The notes: a model not told the origin generated them from the letters alone. Numbered from the stretch's first letter, positions 1 to 11,093 are shown. The stretch: 45,531 nt of DNA from Octopus bimaculoides (GCF_001194135.2 NC_069007.1:11176240-11221770); one strand, 5' to 3'. A program made the numbers and translations.

Positions 1-95
1 TATATATATATATCTATGTATATATATATATATATCTATGTATATATATATATATATCTATGTATATATATATATATATCTATGTATATATATTG
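1..95. repeat. Tandem repeat, ~20-bp unit (TA)n-CTATG, ~4.5 copies
   Basis: tatatatatatatatctatg units are directly visible. Confidence 0.9.
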
Positions 96-651
96 ACCGC
101 TGCTAGCCATCTGCCTACTTAACTCATTTCCATTTTGTCATGGTTTTAGTAATTGATGTAGCAGTTGTTGTCATCATCGTCGTCGTTGTTGTCATCATCA
201 TTGCTATTGCTGTCATCGTCATTCTCTGTCTTCTTTATTTCTCTTCACCCCTCAATAACTGAACGTGGAATGAAGTAGATTTTGGTGGAAATAGCAAATC
301 GTTTTTTTATATATATATATTTTTTTAATTTTATTTTCCTTCACCATCTGAATTTACTTCATGTCTCATTGTGCTGAGTTCAAATCCAGTCACAGTTGTC
401 TTTGACTACTTTAGGAAACAACTCAGATAAGCCAATGGTATGAATTTGGTTAAGAAAAAAAATTTAAGTGTGATGTACTGAATGCCACAGGGAAAATTGT
501 TATATTCCTTGTTATATTGCTTATAATATTATTAATAGTATTCTTTGTAATATAACTTATAATATTCCATTTACTAAATATGTTAATATTAACATAATCA
601 CTTTTGGCTAGCACCTTGGGTCAAAATATAGTAACTTTGGCATCCACTTAC

Positions 652-684
652 CGGCACTGGTGTTTAGACGAAGATAAATAGTAA
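652..684 (-). other. Candidate 33-nt internal exon of an unidentified minus-strand transcript
   Basis: Minus strand reads ttcttctgatacttctatcacaaccaacAG | 33 nt | CCG/GTAAGT. Two frames are open (YYLSSSKHQC; TIYLRLNTSA). Splice signals only, no homology recognised. Confidence 0.3.
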
Positions 685-886
685 CTGTTGGTTGTGATAG
701 AAGTATCAGAAGAAATTCTCAATGTTTAATACTAAAATACTTGTTGGTACCTCAGGCTTTTAGTGAGGTGGGAAGATGTGCGTTTGTGTGCGTGCGTATG
801 TGTGTGTGTTTGTATGTCTTGTATTTGACATGGAGGATTGTTCAATGTACGATGTAATTGTAAATAGGTGCAGGAGTGGCTCTATT

Positions 887-1289
887 GGCGCAGGAGTGGC
901 TGTGTGGTAAGTAGCTTGCTTACCAACCACATAGTTCTGGGTTCATTCCCACTGCGAGGCACCTTGGGTAAGTGTCTTCTACTATAGCCTCGGGCCGACC
1001 AAAGCCTTGTGAGTGGATTTGGTAGACGGAAACTGAAAGAAGCCCGTCGTATATATGTATATGTATGTGTGTTTGTGTGTCTGTGTTTGTCCCCCTAACA
1101 TCGCTTGACAACCGATGCTGCTGTGTTTATGTCCCCGTAACTTAGCGGTTCGGCAAAAGAGACTGATAGAATAAATACTAGGCTTCCAAAGAATAAGTCC
1201 TGGGGTCGATTTGCTCGACTAAAGGCGGTGCTCCAGCATGGCCGCAGTCAAATGACTGAAACAAGTAAAAGAGAGTAAACAAGAGAGTA
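887..1289 (+). mobile_element. tRNA-derived SINE family A, full length (Octopus OK/OR-type SINE group)
   Basis: Head GGCGCAGGAGTGGCTGTGTGGTAAG (A box), GGGTTCATTCCC (B box), ACCTTGGGTAAGTGTCTT core, internal (TG/TA) microsatellite, 3' ATGACTGAAACAAGTAAAAGAG. More than 10 related copies occur in the window. Confidence 0.92.
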
Positions 1290-1311
1290 TTCATTTCTTC
1301 TTTTACTGGAC

Positions 1312-1430
1312 ATGTTGTTAGAGCCCAGGTCAGTTCTGACTGAGGGGACCTATCATCAAAAGGTGCTGTTGTTTAGCCCTTGGTCATTCCTGATTGAGCA
1401 AGTCTGTAATCAAAGACAATCCAGCTGTCC
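1312..1430 (-). mobile_element. Family C unclassified repeat, two tandem tail fragments
   Basis: gttgtttagccc..ggtca..ctgattgagcaag..atcaaag motif is shared with 23100, 25480, 29285, 31960, 33020 and 35270. Confidence 0.65.
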
Positions 1431-2589
1431 TTTTTCCCCATGTACTTTTTCACTTGCTTCTGTCATTGGACTACAACAACCTTGGAGTACCACTTGAAAT
1501 GTTTTTTCTTTTATCTTAACCCCAGTTCACATTTTTAATTCTGCTCCTTATTTCAACATCTCTTATTATCACACTGCTAAGTTTCAGGACAAACATTAGA
1601 CCCTAATTTTCAAGTGATGTTAATGTAAAGACAGACATAAAGACAAACATAAACACACACACACATACACACTCTCATTTGCTCATACACATAGATCGTT
1701 GTCATCATCTTTTTTAAACTCATTATTCCATGCTGGCTTTGGTTAAATGGAACTTACTGAGGTAGATTTTTTTCTTTGATTAAAGATATTTCCCATTTCA
1801 TTTCATTGGTCCTTAGATGTAGGCTGAACTTCAAGACATTCATTCATTGGAGAATGTAAACAAAGTCACAGTTTATTATTTTGGCTCAGAATGAAGACAT
1901 TCATGCGTGCATGTGCATGCACGTGTGCATGTGCATGCACGTGTGCATGCGCGCGCACACATACACACACAAGCATGCACACACACACAGTCTTTGTCTA
2001 CTGTAGCCATCTTCAAGGCGTTGGTTGGTCCAGTTTAATTATGAAAACACTTGCCCAGGATATCACACAATGGAACCAAGCCACATGGTTACAGAATAAA
2101 TCACACAGCCATATTTTCATGTACATAGGTCAATAATATCCACGATATCCTTTATGTTTTACAACATCAGAATGTGATATGAAGGGGGATTTTGCTGCTA
2201 TTTCTTGCAGTTTGAGTGACCATGTTGAACTTCCACCTTTGGCTGTTTTTTTACTGGTTTCATTTATTAGACTGTTGACATGCTGGTGCACTGTATCCAA
2301 GAGTTTAGTCAATTATATCAACAGCCCACAATATTTTTGTCAGGTACTTGTACTGATTGCAGAAAGGGGAAAGACAAGGTCAACATTCGTGATATTTTAA
2401 CTAAGAATGCAAAAGTATTTATTCAAATACTACAAGTCATTTGTCCAGTATTCTTGAGATTCTGGCAAGCTCACAATATTTGAATGTGACATCGATGGCC
2501 ACAGTCGAGCTGTGTTGCACCATAGCATACCATTAGTTTCTCTCTTGAATTTTAGTTGTTCTTTAGTTTTATGCTGTGTGCTTCCGCCA

Positions 2590-3340
2590 GTAACATCAAT
2601 GTAGTTGAGTGATCTTCATCCTTTTCCTAGGAAGTGGATGTTTCCAAAATTCAACAGCTGATATGACCTATCATTCAGTTCTATAACAATTGCCAACAAA
2701 GCCTACCCTGCTTTGAGCAACAATAGGGAAAAATGGGTGGAATGTTTCCATACAGCTCTTAGGTCTTGTACTCCTGTCATAAGATGTTTCGGGCCCTGAT
2801 GAAAAGCTTGGTATATGTAACACAAAGGCAGTCTTGAAACTTCTTCATACTCCAGATTTTGGCTCTCTACATATGTTCTGAAGATGGTCAGCCTTGCAAA
2901 CTTTAAAATTGTTGATTGATAAACATTGTTATAAGCATTCCAGGTTTGTTACTTGCATATCAGAAAGTCTTTTTAACTGGCAGCAACATAGAATATAAGG
3001 TACTTGACTCTAAGCTGCTAACCACTAACATCCTTGAGTTGTGTGCCATCCTTGGAAAAACAATTGGCAGATAGCTTTCATCCTCATTGATGGTAATTTC
3101 TTCAGTCTTCTTTATATTGGAAAATGGACAGACTTTGGCTGCAGCATTTTCAAGGGATGCTGACAACTCTTACACATCATACTGTTGATAAACTGTGAGA
3201 GGAAGATCATCAGCATAACCACAGCCAGATAAATACGTGTTCTGTTGTTATCTCAATAATCTCTGCTTGATGGAGAGGCGTTTGTCTTGGGCAGAGTCAA
3301 GACTTTGTCTAAGGATGTAGTCCACTTGGCTGCAATCTAA
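2590..3340 (-). pseudogene. Degenerate RTE-clade LINE reverse transcriptase fragment
   Basis: YADD codons at 3217-3206 in context VDYILRQSLD...GCGYADDLPL, then SLENAAAKV..NIKKTEEITIN, FKYL, LYGNIPP. Multiple stops and frameshifts. Confidence 0.85.
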
Positions 3341-3710
3341 CTATTATCACAAAAAGAAAATGAACTAGGGTGTTTCTCTCAAGGGTATCTCATTTAAATG
3401 CATCTTATAAAATTTGGTGATCAATTGTATCAATTCTTTGTTGTTGTTATTCAACCATGTCCCCTGTCTTTTTCTCTTGTTACTCATCTCCTAGATCTTC
3501 TTGTTCACATTTTCCTTCCTAGAATTTTAATACACAGGAACCATAGACCCAAGAACCATAGACTAGTGTCTAAGATTTTTCCTGTTGACACAAAACAACA
3601 ATTTTTTTCTATTTGCTTTTTAAATGGGTTGATAATATTACTGTTGCTTAAGTTTGATTATTTACATTATTTACATTTGATGGATATTTGTCCTCATCTT
3701 GTTTGTTGTT

Positions 3711-3753
3711 AACACAATGTTTCGGTTGATATACTCTCCAGCCTTCAGGTGTC
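3711..3753 (-). ncRNA. Decayed minimal type I hammerhead ribozyme in PLE pseudo-LTR
   Basis: GACAC-CUGAAG-GCUGG..CAACC-GAA-ACAU-U-GUGUU. Helix I GACAC/GUGUU is present, A9 is missing and helix II is mismatched. Confidence 0.65.
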
Positions 3754-3829
3754 TTGGGGAAATTTCGAACCTGAGTTCTCATTCCTAAGGTATTTTTCGA
3801 TGTTATTATTATTATTATTGTTATTGTTC

Positions 3830-3903
3830 AGGTCACTGCTTGGAATCGAACTCGGAATCTTGGGGCTAGTAGCCTGCACTCTTAGCCACTATACCATATG
3901 CCC
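3830..3903 (-). other. tRNA-like Pol III head embedded in the PLE terminal repeat (not a tRNA gene)
   Basis: GGGCATATGGTATAGTGGCTAAG (A box) ... GAGTTCGATTCC (B box). The acceptor stem does not pair. Followed by (AAT)n. Confidence 0.75.
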
Positions 3904-4384
3904 ATGGGCAATTATGGAGTGAATTTTAGAGCTGATAAATCTAATATTTTTCTATCCTTCCTTAATACCAGTTCCCATATGCTGCTCATATCTGCACTCA
4001 GTCTGCTTAGGAGGTTGTTGTGTCCTAGCATATGCTGCTTCTTTTAGTTTTCATATTTTCCAGTGGTGTTCTCTGTCTATTATTCTAACTTCATCCCACA
4101 GGAGGAGGTGGTCTCCATTTTTCCATACATGATCAGCTATACCCGATTTATCAATATCTCCCTGTGTCACAGCTTCTTTGTGATGTTCATCTACCCTTAT
4201 TTTGAGGGGGTGATATGTTTTGCCTTTGTATAACCTACCACAGCTGCATATAGAACTGCTTAAATATAGAACTGCTTAAGTTTGAGTCCACTATAATTAG
4301 GTGAACCTACAATCAAATCCATTCAAGATCCATCCCACCTTATATTTGGACATAGTATGTTTTTTCTCTTCTTTTTAAAGATAA

Positions 4385-4610
4385 CTTGGTGTCTTTTGAA
4401 AGGGATTTGGCTAGTGTTTCTTGCCGATCAAACAACTACATATAAATATCTTTCATGGCACATCTGTTGTTATTTACACCTAGTTCAGTACAACCTACAA
4501 TAAAAGTTGTTGTATATGTTCTTTTCTTTTATAATGGTTGGGTTTGATTTCAAGGATATTTAGCTGCTATTTCAAGCAGATCAACCAATTACATTGATGT
4601 TCCCTCATTG
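4385..4610 (-). mobile_element. Family C repeat, two degenerate head fragments
   Basis: gggatttggctagtgtttcttg (4400) and ggatatttagctgctatttcaagcag (4555). Confidence 0.5.
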
Positions 4611-5239
4611 GCCCGTGTGGTTGTTATAATACTGATTCTAATGAAGGATACAATTAACCTTGAGTTAACATATCTGTGTATCTTGTTAAAAAGTGAAACT
4701 GTGATTGGTCTATTGGAACGATACAATTGCATCTCAATGGCCGTATATAATAAAATAAATAAGCAAATTGTTTACATTGTATATAAACACATTGGAGAAA
4801 ACATCCTGCTATTTAAAAATTTTAATTGACATATCACTATTGGAAATGAATTTTCTGCATGGTTATTATCGTTAACATTTTTTCATGATAAAATTCATCA
4901 TGTTAAGTAAATTGAAAATTTAATTTATCATATTAAAATATCACACTTATTTATGAAAATTATTTCCAACATAAAACGAAACAATTTATTTTTGAAGGTT
5001 TATATTTCTTTTTTAATTTTATTAATTTAACTGACAAGAAATTTGCAGAATGTTTGTTGTTGACTCTGTTGTCGTAAACATTTTTTTATCATTGCTGTCA
5101 TCACTGTCATAGATAACACATTTATTGCCATCATTACTCTTGTGGTGAAGGACTTGATACCACTGCTTCCAGTGTTGTTGTTATCATGATTGTCAATCTT
5201 GTCTATTACTGATATCTTTATCATCATCATCATAGCACC

Positions 5240-5788
5240 CCTTTTGTGCTACTGCCCTATCTCCTAGAAGATGAAGCTCTGCATCTATAATGCATCAGCC
5301 CTCTCCATTCTCCTCTATGTAGCAGAGACATGGTCCCTCTCAAAGACCCTGGCAAAGAGGATCAATGGCTTTCATAGCAGATCTCTGAGAACCATTGAAA
5401 ACATCAGAGCGTCTCATCATGTTTCCAACAAAGAACTCTGTTCACACATGCATCAGCCCACAGCCTCCCACCTCATAGCTATCCCTCACATGCGCTGGTA
5501 TGGACATGTCCTCTGTCTCTCACTAAATCATCCTACCAAGGCTTTACTCTCATTTGATGTGGCGGTTGCAGGCTGTAAGAGGCCACATGACAGGCCCTGC
5601 ACCAGATAGCTGGACATGAGTAAGGAAGAACTCCAGAGATTCAATGCCACCTTGGATGCAGAGGGGCTGGCACGGGGATGCCAGTGATGGAGAGCACTGA
5701 CAGACCTGGTTAGCTCTATGCATGATGACATCTCTGGGACCACTAACGTGGGATGACCCCATCAAGCAAAGCAAGCAAGTAAGCAACA
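5240..5788 (+). mobile_element. 5'-truncated RTE LINE 3' end with (CAAG)n tail, inserted in (CAT)n
   Basis: ORF 5271-5609 (KLCIYNASALSILLYVAETW...MRWYGHVL...KRPHDRP) shows the RTE C-terminal signature. Tail caagcaaagcaagcaagtaag; (CAT)n on both flanks. Confidence 0.9.
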
Positions 5789-6179
5789 TCATCATCATCA
5801 TCAACAATATGCTAGGTTGATTATTCTACAATCTAATTGCCCCATGCCTTTCAGTACACCTTTCTATCAATCCACCTAATGTGACTTGTAGAAGTGATTC
5901 ACTACTGTTATATCCTGATGTGCTCACTGTCTCTGTATATATTAAGTCAAGATGGCAATAATATCCTCACTGGATCGCCTTTGGTCACATAGAAATATCA
6001 ATATTGTATCAAACAGATATAACTATTGTATACACATCTAACTGTTGTATCATATAGTGTCATATAATTTGTGGTTATAGACATATAATTATAGTGTCAG
6101 ATATTGTTATGTAGCTATAAAGTCAAACGTTAGATATAACTGTGATGTATTGAATATAAATGGTTCTTTGGTCTGGAGG

Positions 6180-6450
6180 AAGGAGCTGTACCTTTTGCAG
6201 ACTCCCTGAGGCTGCTGAGATTGACAGTGGCATTGTTCATCTTGAACAATAGGAAATTGATGCATGCAGGGAAAAGATGTGCTGTGAAGAAATTGTAGAG
6301 GGATAATATTCTGAAGAGAAATAACTGGATGAAGTTGGGGTAACAGGATAGGGGTGATGAATGACTCAAAAGTGCCTGAGTAGAGATGGTATGAATCCAA
6401 CCAGATCCAACAAACAGATTCCATAGCTTTAGTAAAGGCCGAGGGAGGAG
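6180..6450 (-). mobile_element. Degenerate CR1/Jockey-like LINE ORF2 3' end
   Basis: Translation LFLFRILSLYNFFTAHLFPACINFLLFKMNN resembles the FF.RT..LWN.LP...FP..YNL..FK..VN terminus. Recalled similarity only. Confidence 0.45.
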
Positions 6451-6831
6451 ACAGTAGGGTTTGGTCTATAATGGTCGAAGAACTTCATGCTAGTCACTCA
6501 AATATCTATTCTTTGAATGTAATAGATAAATAAATCCTGTTGTATATAAAATATCAAGTTCGTCTAAATTTGGCAGTTGTGTCTACATCAGTAATAATTC
6601 AAAATCAATGTTACTCAGTTGCTGTTGAAGGGAGAGATATTTTTATGGTTCTGACAAAAATCTGTTCTTTTTATAATCTCAAGTGTCTGCTGGAAATTTT
6701 GTCTTCAAATATAACTGGCAGTTAGTCTGATATACTTGATGTCTGAAGGAAGGTACTTGATTCTGCAATATTAAGGTTCTGTCATCAATTCTCATCTTGA
6801 TGTCAGAAACAAATTCTCTAGCAGTCTATAA

Positions 6832-7168
6832 CAATGGTTCTCAACTGGGGTTCATATGGCCCTTCAAGGTCCATATAAAGTTTTTGAGGGTCTATGCAAG
6901 CAAAATAGTAAATTGGGGATCTACAGTAGTATATTAAGGGTCCACAAAAATAATTTTGTTTTAGGTGTATTTATTGCAAGAAACAGCCAGGTTTCTTTCT
7001 CTAATGTTTTACATAGTCGAACCCACACAAGTTAAAGAACAAAATAGGAATTTCAAAAGAAGAATCTAGCAAACTAGTTTTTTTAGACATCAAATGGATA
7101 TGGGATTCCACCAGAATAAAAATAATAATCAAAGGGGTTCATAGATAAAAAATGGCTGAGAAGCACTG
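6832..7168. mobile_element. hAT(Charlie)-type MITE
   Basis: TIRs CAATGGTTCTCAAC / GCTGAGAAGCACTG; decayed 8-bp TSD gtctataa/gtttatgg; internal homology to 34067-34846. Confidence 0.8.
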
Positions 7169-7654
7169 GTTTATGGCAATAGACTTCTATCTTCTGACAG
7201 AGCTGACAAAGATTCATCCTTTTGCTGTTAGAAAGCCAGATCCTGCCTGTCTGCAACAATATCTTTGATGTCTCTGACACATTTCTTTTTATATTCTCAA
7301 TGTCTCAAAGAAGTTCTTTGTCAACCTGCAGCAATAAAATTCTTTTAAAAAGTCAGAAAAAGTAAATCCTTTTCAAGTTGTAGAAGAGTAATGTGTATAC
7401 TACTACAATTCCTGCTATGGTGCAAGTTGGTACCAGGGTGGTGCCACTACAAGACTACACAAAAGCCACCTCATTTCTCTCCATTCTGCATTGTATGTGG
7501 AACAGAGAGAAAAGTTGGCCAAATGAAGAAAGTAGACTCTTACTTCCTTTCTGCATTGTTGTGGCTTTCATTCTTCTCCTTGCTCTAAAATAAGCCCTCC
7601 ATTTGTACAGCACTAGGGTAGGATGGTTTATTAATTTGGTGGTGGCTGTTTGGA

Positions 7655-7930
7655 TGCTGCATGGCTGAATGGTTAAGACATTCACTTTGCAATCACAAAG
7701 TCCCAGGTTCAATCCCACTGCATAACATTTTGGACAAGTGTTTTTGACTACAACCTTAGGTTAACCTTGGTGTGAGTGAAATTGGATAAATGGATATTGT
7801 CTGGAAGCTTGTTGAATGAATTCTACCTGGAATTCAACAGCCTTGATTTGTCAGTGTTGCAATGATTCTGCTTGAGAATTGTATTAAGGAAACTTGTATC
7901 TATGGAATATTCAACCATTTACTTGTTAAT
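7655..7930 (+). mobile_element. Old tRNA-derived SINE (family-A-like core with the family-D 3' domain)
   Basis: TGGCTGAATGGTTAAG A box, AGGTTCAATCCC B box, ttggacaagtgt core, 3' gagaattgtattaagg..tatggaatattcaacc. Confidence 0.65.
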
Positions 7931-8779
7931 TAGTTATTGTTTCCTTTCTTGTTGTTAATACTATTTAACTCCACATCACCCCCAAGCAAACTAATTATTA
8001 AATACATCATGTCTTGTCTTTTTGTATATCTAGGGACATCTTTGTAACCAGTGTATCTGACTGCTATTTCTCAATGGTAAACTAGTCACGTACAGGCTCC
8101 CAAGTTACTTCATTCATGTTGTTGTTGTTGTTGCTTTTGTTGTTAATGATATTAACCTCAGCTCAGCGTTAAGTCAGTGGTCCTGTCATTACAGTCATGA
8201 CCACACCTCCTGTTTCTTTGAAATCACCAATTTAAACATATATTTTCAATGTGTCATTTTATTTTTCAAGATGGTTCAGTATCATTTAAGAATTTAAACT
8301 GCTACTTCTAGCAATGCAAACAACCCTCTAGAGGTCTCCTTGTCTTGTTGTTGTTAAATTTTTGAGTAAGTCGTGGCTAAATTAATTATGCAATTACACA
8401 CTTCACGTTTTGATGATTCTTTAATTTACACCCAGATTCCCCTGATACATTTTAATGTAATCTACACCTAAACACTCAATACACATTATGCTTATACTGA
8501 ATAAAGTAAATACACACACAAAAACACACGCACAAAAACACACACACATGCCCATTCATCCACCATCCATCTACCCACATTTACAGGATAAAATCTTTAT
8601 AAGAGTTTATCAAGTAGTTAGTGTGAAAAGCTTCATAAAGGAAAAATCTATTAATTATTCCCTATAAATATATTCATTTATATTAAGGACATTACTATAC
8701 ATAAATGCCTCCTGCTAGGAGGGCCTCTTAAAGTCAAAACTACCATAATAAACACATTGTACCGAACGTGCTCCTGTAC

Positions 8780-8918
8780 TCTTTTACCACAACTTTCTTT
8801 CTTTCTTCCTGTTTCTGGTGTACCTGTATTTCAAAGAGCCAGCCTTGTCACACTCTGTATCATGCTGAATCTCCCCAAGAACTATGTTAAGGGTACACAT
8901 GTTTATGGAGTGCTCAGC
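8780..8918 (+). mobile_element. SINE family D fragment running into a gap
   Basis: cctgtttctggtgtacctgtatttcaaagagccagccttgtcac..ggagtgctcagc matches the reverse complement of the 43745-44126 body. Confidence 0.85.
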
Positions 8919-9289
8919 NNNNNNNNNNNNNNNNNNNNNNNNNNNNNNNNNNNNNNNNNNNNNNNNNNNNNNNNNNNNNNNNNNNNNNNNNNNNNNNNNN
9001 NNNNNNNNNNNNNNNNNNNNNNNNNNNNNNNNNNNNNNNNNNNNNNNNNNNNNNNNNNNNNNNNNNNNNNNNNNNNNNNNNNNNNNNNNNNNNNNNNNNN
9101 NNNNNNNNNNNNNNNNNNNNNNNNNNNNNNNNNNNNNNNNNNNNNNNNNNNNNNNNNNNNNNNNNNNNNNNNNNNNNNNNNNNNNNNNNNNNNNNNNNNN
9201 NNNNNNNNNNNNNNNNNNNNNNNNNNNNNNNNNNNNNNNNNNNNNNNNNNNNNNNNNNNNNNNNNNNNGTAATCCTTATCAGTATTATT

Positions 9290-9444
9290 ATTCTTTTCTA
9301 GTCTAGGCACAAGGCCCAAATTTTTGAGGAGAGGAACAAGATCCCAAAAAGATGGAAGGCAAAGTTGACCTCGGTGGAATTTGAACTCAGAATGTAAAGA
9401 CAGGAAATATTGCTAAGCATTTCGCTGAGCGTGCTAACGTTTCT
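9290..9444 (-). mobile_element. SINE family B copy (gcctag..gaaaagaat tail subfamily, internally deleted)
   Basis: ggcaaagttgacctcggtggaatttgaactcag B-box region. Confidence 0.85.
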
Positions 9445-9661
9445 TATTTCTTTACTACCCACAAGGGGCTATACACAGGGGACAAACGGATTAAGTCGAT
9501 TATATCGACCCCAGTGCGTAACTGGTACTTATTTAATCGACTCTGAAAGGATGAAAGGCAAAGTCGACCTCAGCGGAATTTGAACTCAGAACGTAACGAC
9601 AGACGAAACACCGCTAAGCATTTCGCCCGGCATGCTAACAATTCTGCCAGCCCACTGCCTT
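9445..9661 (-). mobile_element. SINE family B, younger subfamily with tail ccccttgtgggtagtaaagaaata
   Basis: CpG-rich, full head ..gctaacaattctgccagcccactgcct; central domain gcctttcatcctttc.gagtcgattaaataagtaccag (Meta-domain-like, from memory). Confidence 0.92.
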
Positions 9662-9689
9662 AGTATTATTATTATTGATCTTGAGTTTA

Positions 9690-10020
9690 TGTACGCATGC
9701 ACATGTGTGTGTACGTGTGCATGTACATCTGCACGCCATATATATGTACATAGATATGTGCACACTAGTGTGCATGCACATGTGCAAGTTCATGTGTGTA
9801 TACACACGCACTTATATGTGTGGGCATGCTCATGCAGGCATGTGTGTGCATATGTTCATGTGTATGTGAGTAGATGCATGTGCATATATGTATATATGTA
9901 TGTGCATGTGTGTATGTGTGTGTGGATGTGAATGTACACCTATACACACAGACATAGACTCACATAAATACAGACACGCACACAGATATATAAGCACATG
10001 CACATATATACATATATACT
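9690..10020. repeat. Compound alternating purine-pyrimidine microsatellite (TG/CA/TA)
   Basis: Directly visible; source of the CV/HT/YI pseudo-ORFs. Confidence 0.9.
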
Positions 10021-10034
10021 TGAACATCTACTAC

Positions 10035-10250
10035 CCTTCCTACTTCCCCCCTCAACTACATGACCAATTTCCTGTCCACCATGTGGTTGATTTCCTGTTT
10101 GCCTTGTGGCATTTTCCAAGTAATTGTGGTCACTGAAATACTGACATTAATCTGTGACACCATGTGATCTTTCTTGACCAATCACAGGCGAACTTCCAGT
10201 AATAAACAGTTACTTTATCCTATTGACATCTCATTCTAATTCCAATGGCT
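10035..10250. promoter_or_regulatory. Candidate cis-regulatory motif cluster
   Basis: GACCAATCAC at 10176-10185 (NF-Y-like), CATGTG E-boxes at 10080 and 10161, TTTCCTG/ACTTCC ETS-like sites at 10042, 10068, 10091 and 10192, all in unique sequence. Confidence 0.2.
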
Positions 10251-10437
10251 GAAGACTAACATCACACTTGAAACTTAAAGTACCAGGAATTTAAATCAAA
10301 CTGTTTAATCCATGCATGTAATTCACAATAAATGTGTTGAGTGCCCTTCTTTCATTTGTCTGCTCACTCGTACATTTCTCCGGACTCTGTTGAGCACCAT
10401 TCACAAACATCTAACCAACAGTTTGCAATATATACTT

Positions 10438-10647
10438 AAGGTAGTGAGCTGGCAGACACATTAGCATGCCAGGCGAAATGCTTAGTGGTATTTCGTCTGT
10501 CTTTACATTCTAAGTTCAGGGTCAACTTTGTCTTTCATCCTTTCGGGGTCGATAAATTAAGTACCAGTTGCATACTGAGGTTGATCTAATCAACTGGCCC
10601 TTTCCCCAAAAAATTTCGGGCCTTGTGCCTAGAGTAGAAAAGAATAT
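10438..10647 (+). mobile_element. SINE family B
   Basis: aggtagtgagctggcagacacattagcatgcc..ttcatcctttcggggtcgataaattaagtaccag..gcctagagtagaaaagaat. Confidence 0.92.
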
Positions 10648-11052
10648 ATATGTGCATATATATATATCTCCGTGTTTTTCAATTTTTTTTTCTCNNNNNN
10701 NNNNNNNNNNNNNNNNNNNNNNNNNNNNNNNNNNNNNNNNNNNNNNNNNNNNNNNNNNNNNNNNNNNNNNNNNNNNNNNNNNNNNNNNNNNNNNNNNNNN
10801 NNNNNNNNNNNNNNNNNNNNNNNNNNNNNNNNNNNNNNNNNNNNNNNNNNNNNNNNNNNNNNNNNNNNNNNNNNNNNNNNNNNNNNNNNNNNNNNNNNNN
10901 NNNNNNNNNNNNNNNNNNNNNNNNNNNNNNNNNNNNNNNNNNNNNNNNNNNNNNNNNNNNNNNNNNNNNNNNNNNNNNNNNNNNNNNNNNNNNNNNNNNN
11001 NNNNNNNNNNNNNNNNNNNNNNNNNNNNNNNNNNNNNNNNNNNNNNNNNNNN

Positions 11053-11093
<41 letters not shown>

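Larger units (their letters stand above)
3670..4248 (-). mobile_element. Penelope-like element 3' fragment: C-terminal GIY-YIG endonuclease plus pseudo-LTR
   Basis: In-frame CSCGRLYKGKTYHPLKIRVDEHHKEAVTQGDIDKSGIADHVWKNGDHLLLWDEVRIIDREHHWKI*KLKEAAY from 4248 to ~4030. The TGA probably derives from CGA by CpG decay. Confidence 0.9.

Noticed and set aside
887-960. tRNA-like sequences at SINE heads (887, 3830, 7655, 21983, 42376, 44050 etc.)
   Set aside because: No paired acceptor stem, and they continue into SINE or PLE bodies; not tRNA genes.
2130-2520. Minus-strand coding-like stretch (LTKLLDTVHQHVNSLINETSKK; AIDVT)
   Set aside because: Possibly another LINE relic, but no diagnostic motif could be fixed; left unassigned.
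3398-3712. 104-aa plus-strand ORF
   Set aside because: No recognisable domain; the opposite strand has a weak RTE-linker-like stretch (KRQGTWLNNNNKELIQLI), and the 3' end overlaps the PLE repeat.
8757-9319. Long ORFs spanning N-gaps (also at 10.5-11.2, 14.8-15.3, 16.4-17.8, 22.5-23.9, 32.3-32.9 and 42.4 kb)
   Set aside because: Length comes from untranslatable Ns and flanking microsatellites.
10246-10285. CTGAAGA...GAAACTTAAAGTA-CCA hammerhead-like match
   Set aside because: Helix I (3 bp) and helix III are present but no helix II can form; treated as chance or fully decayed.
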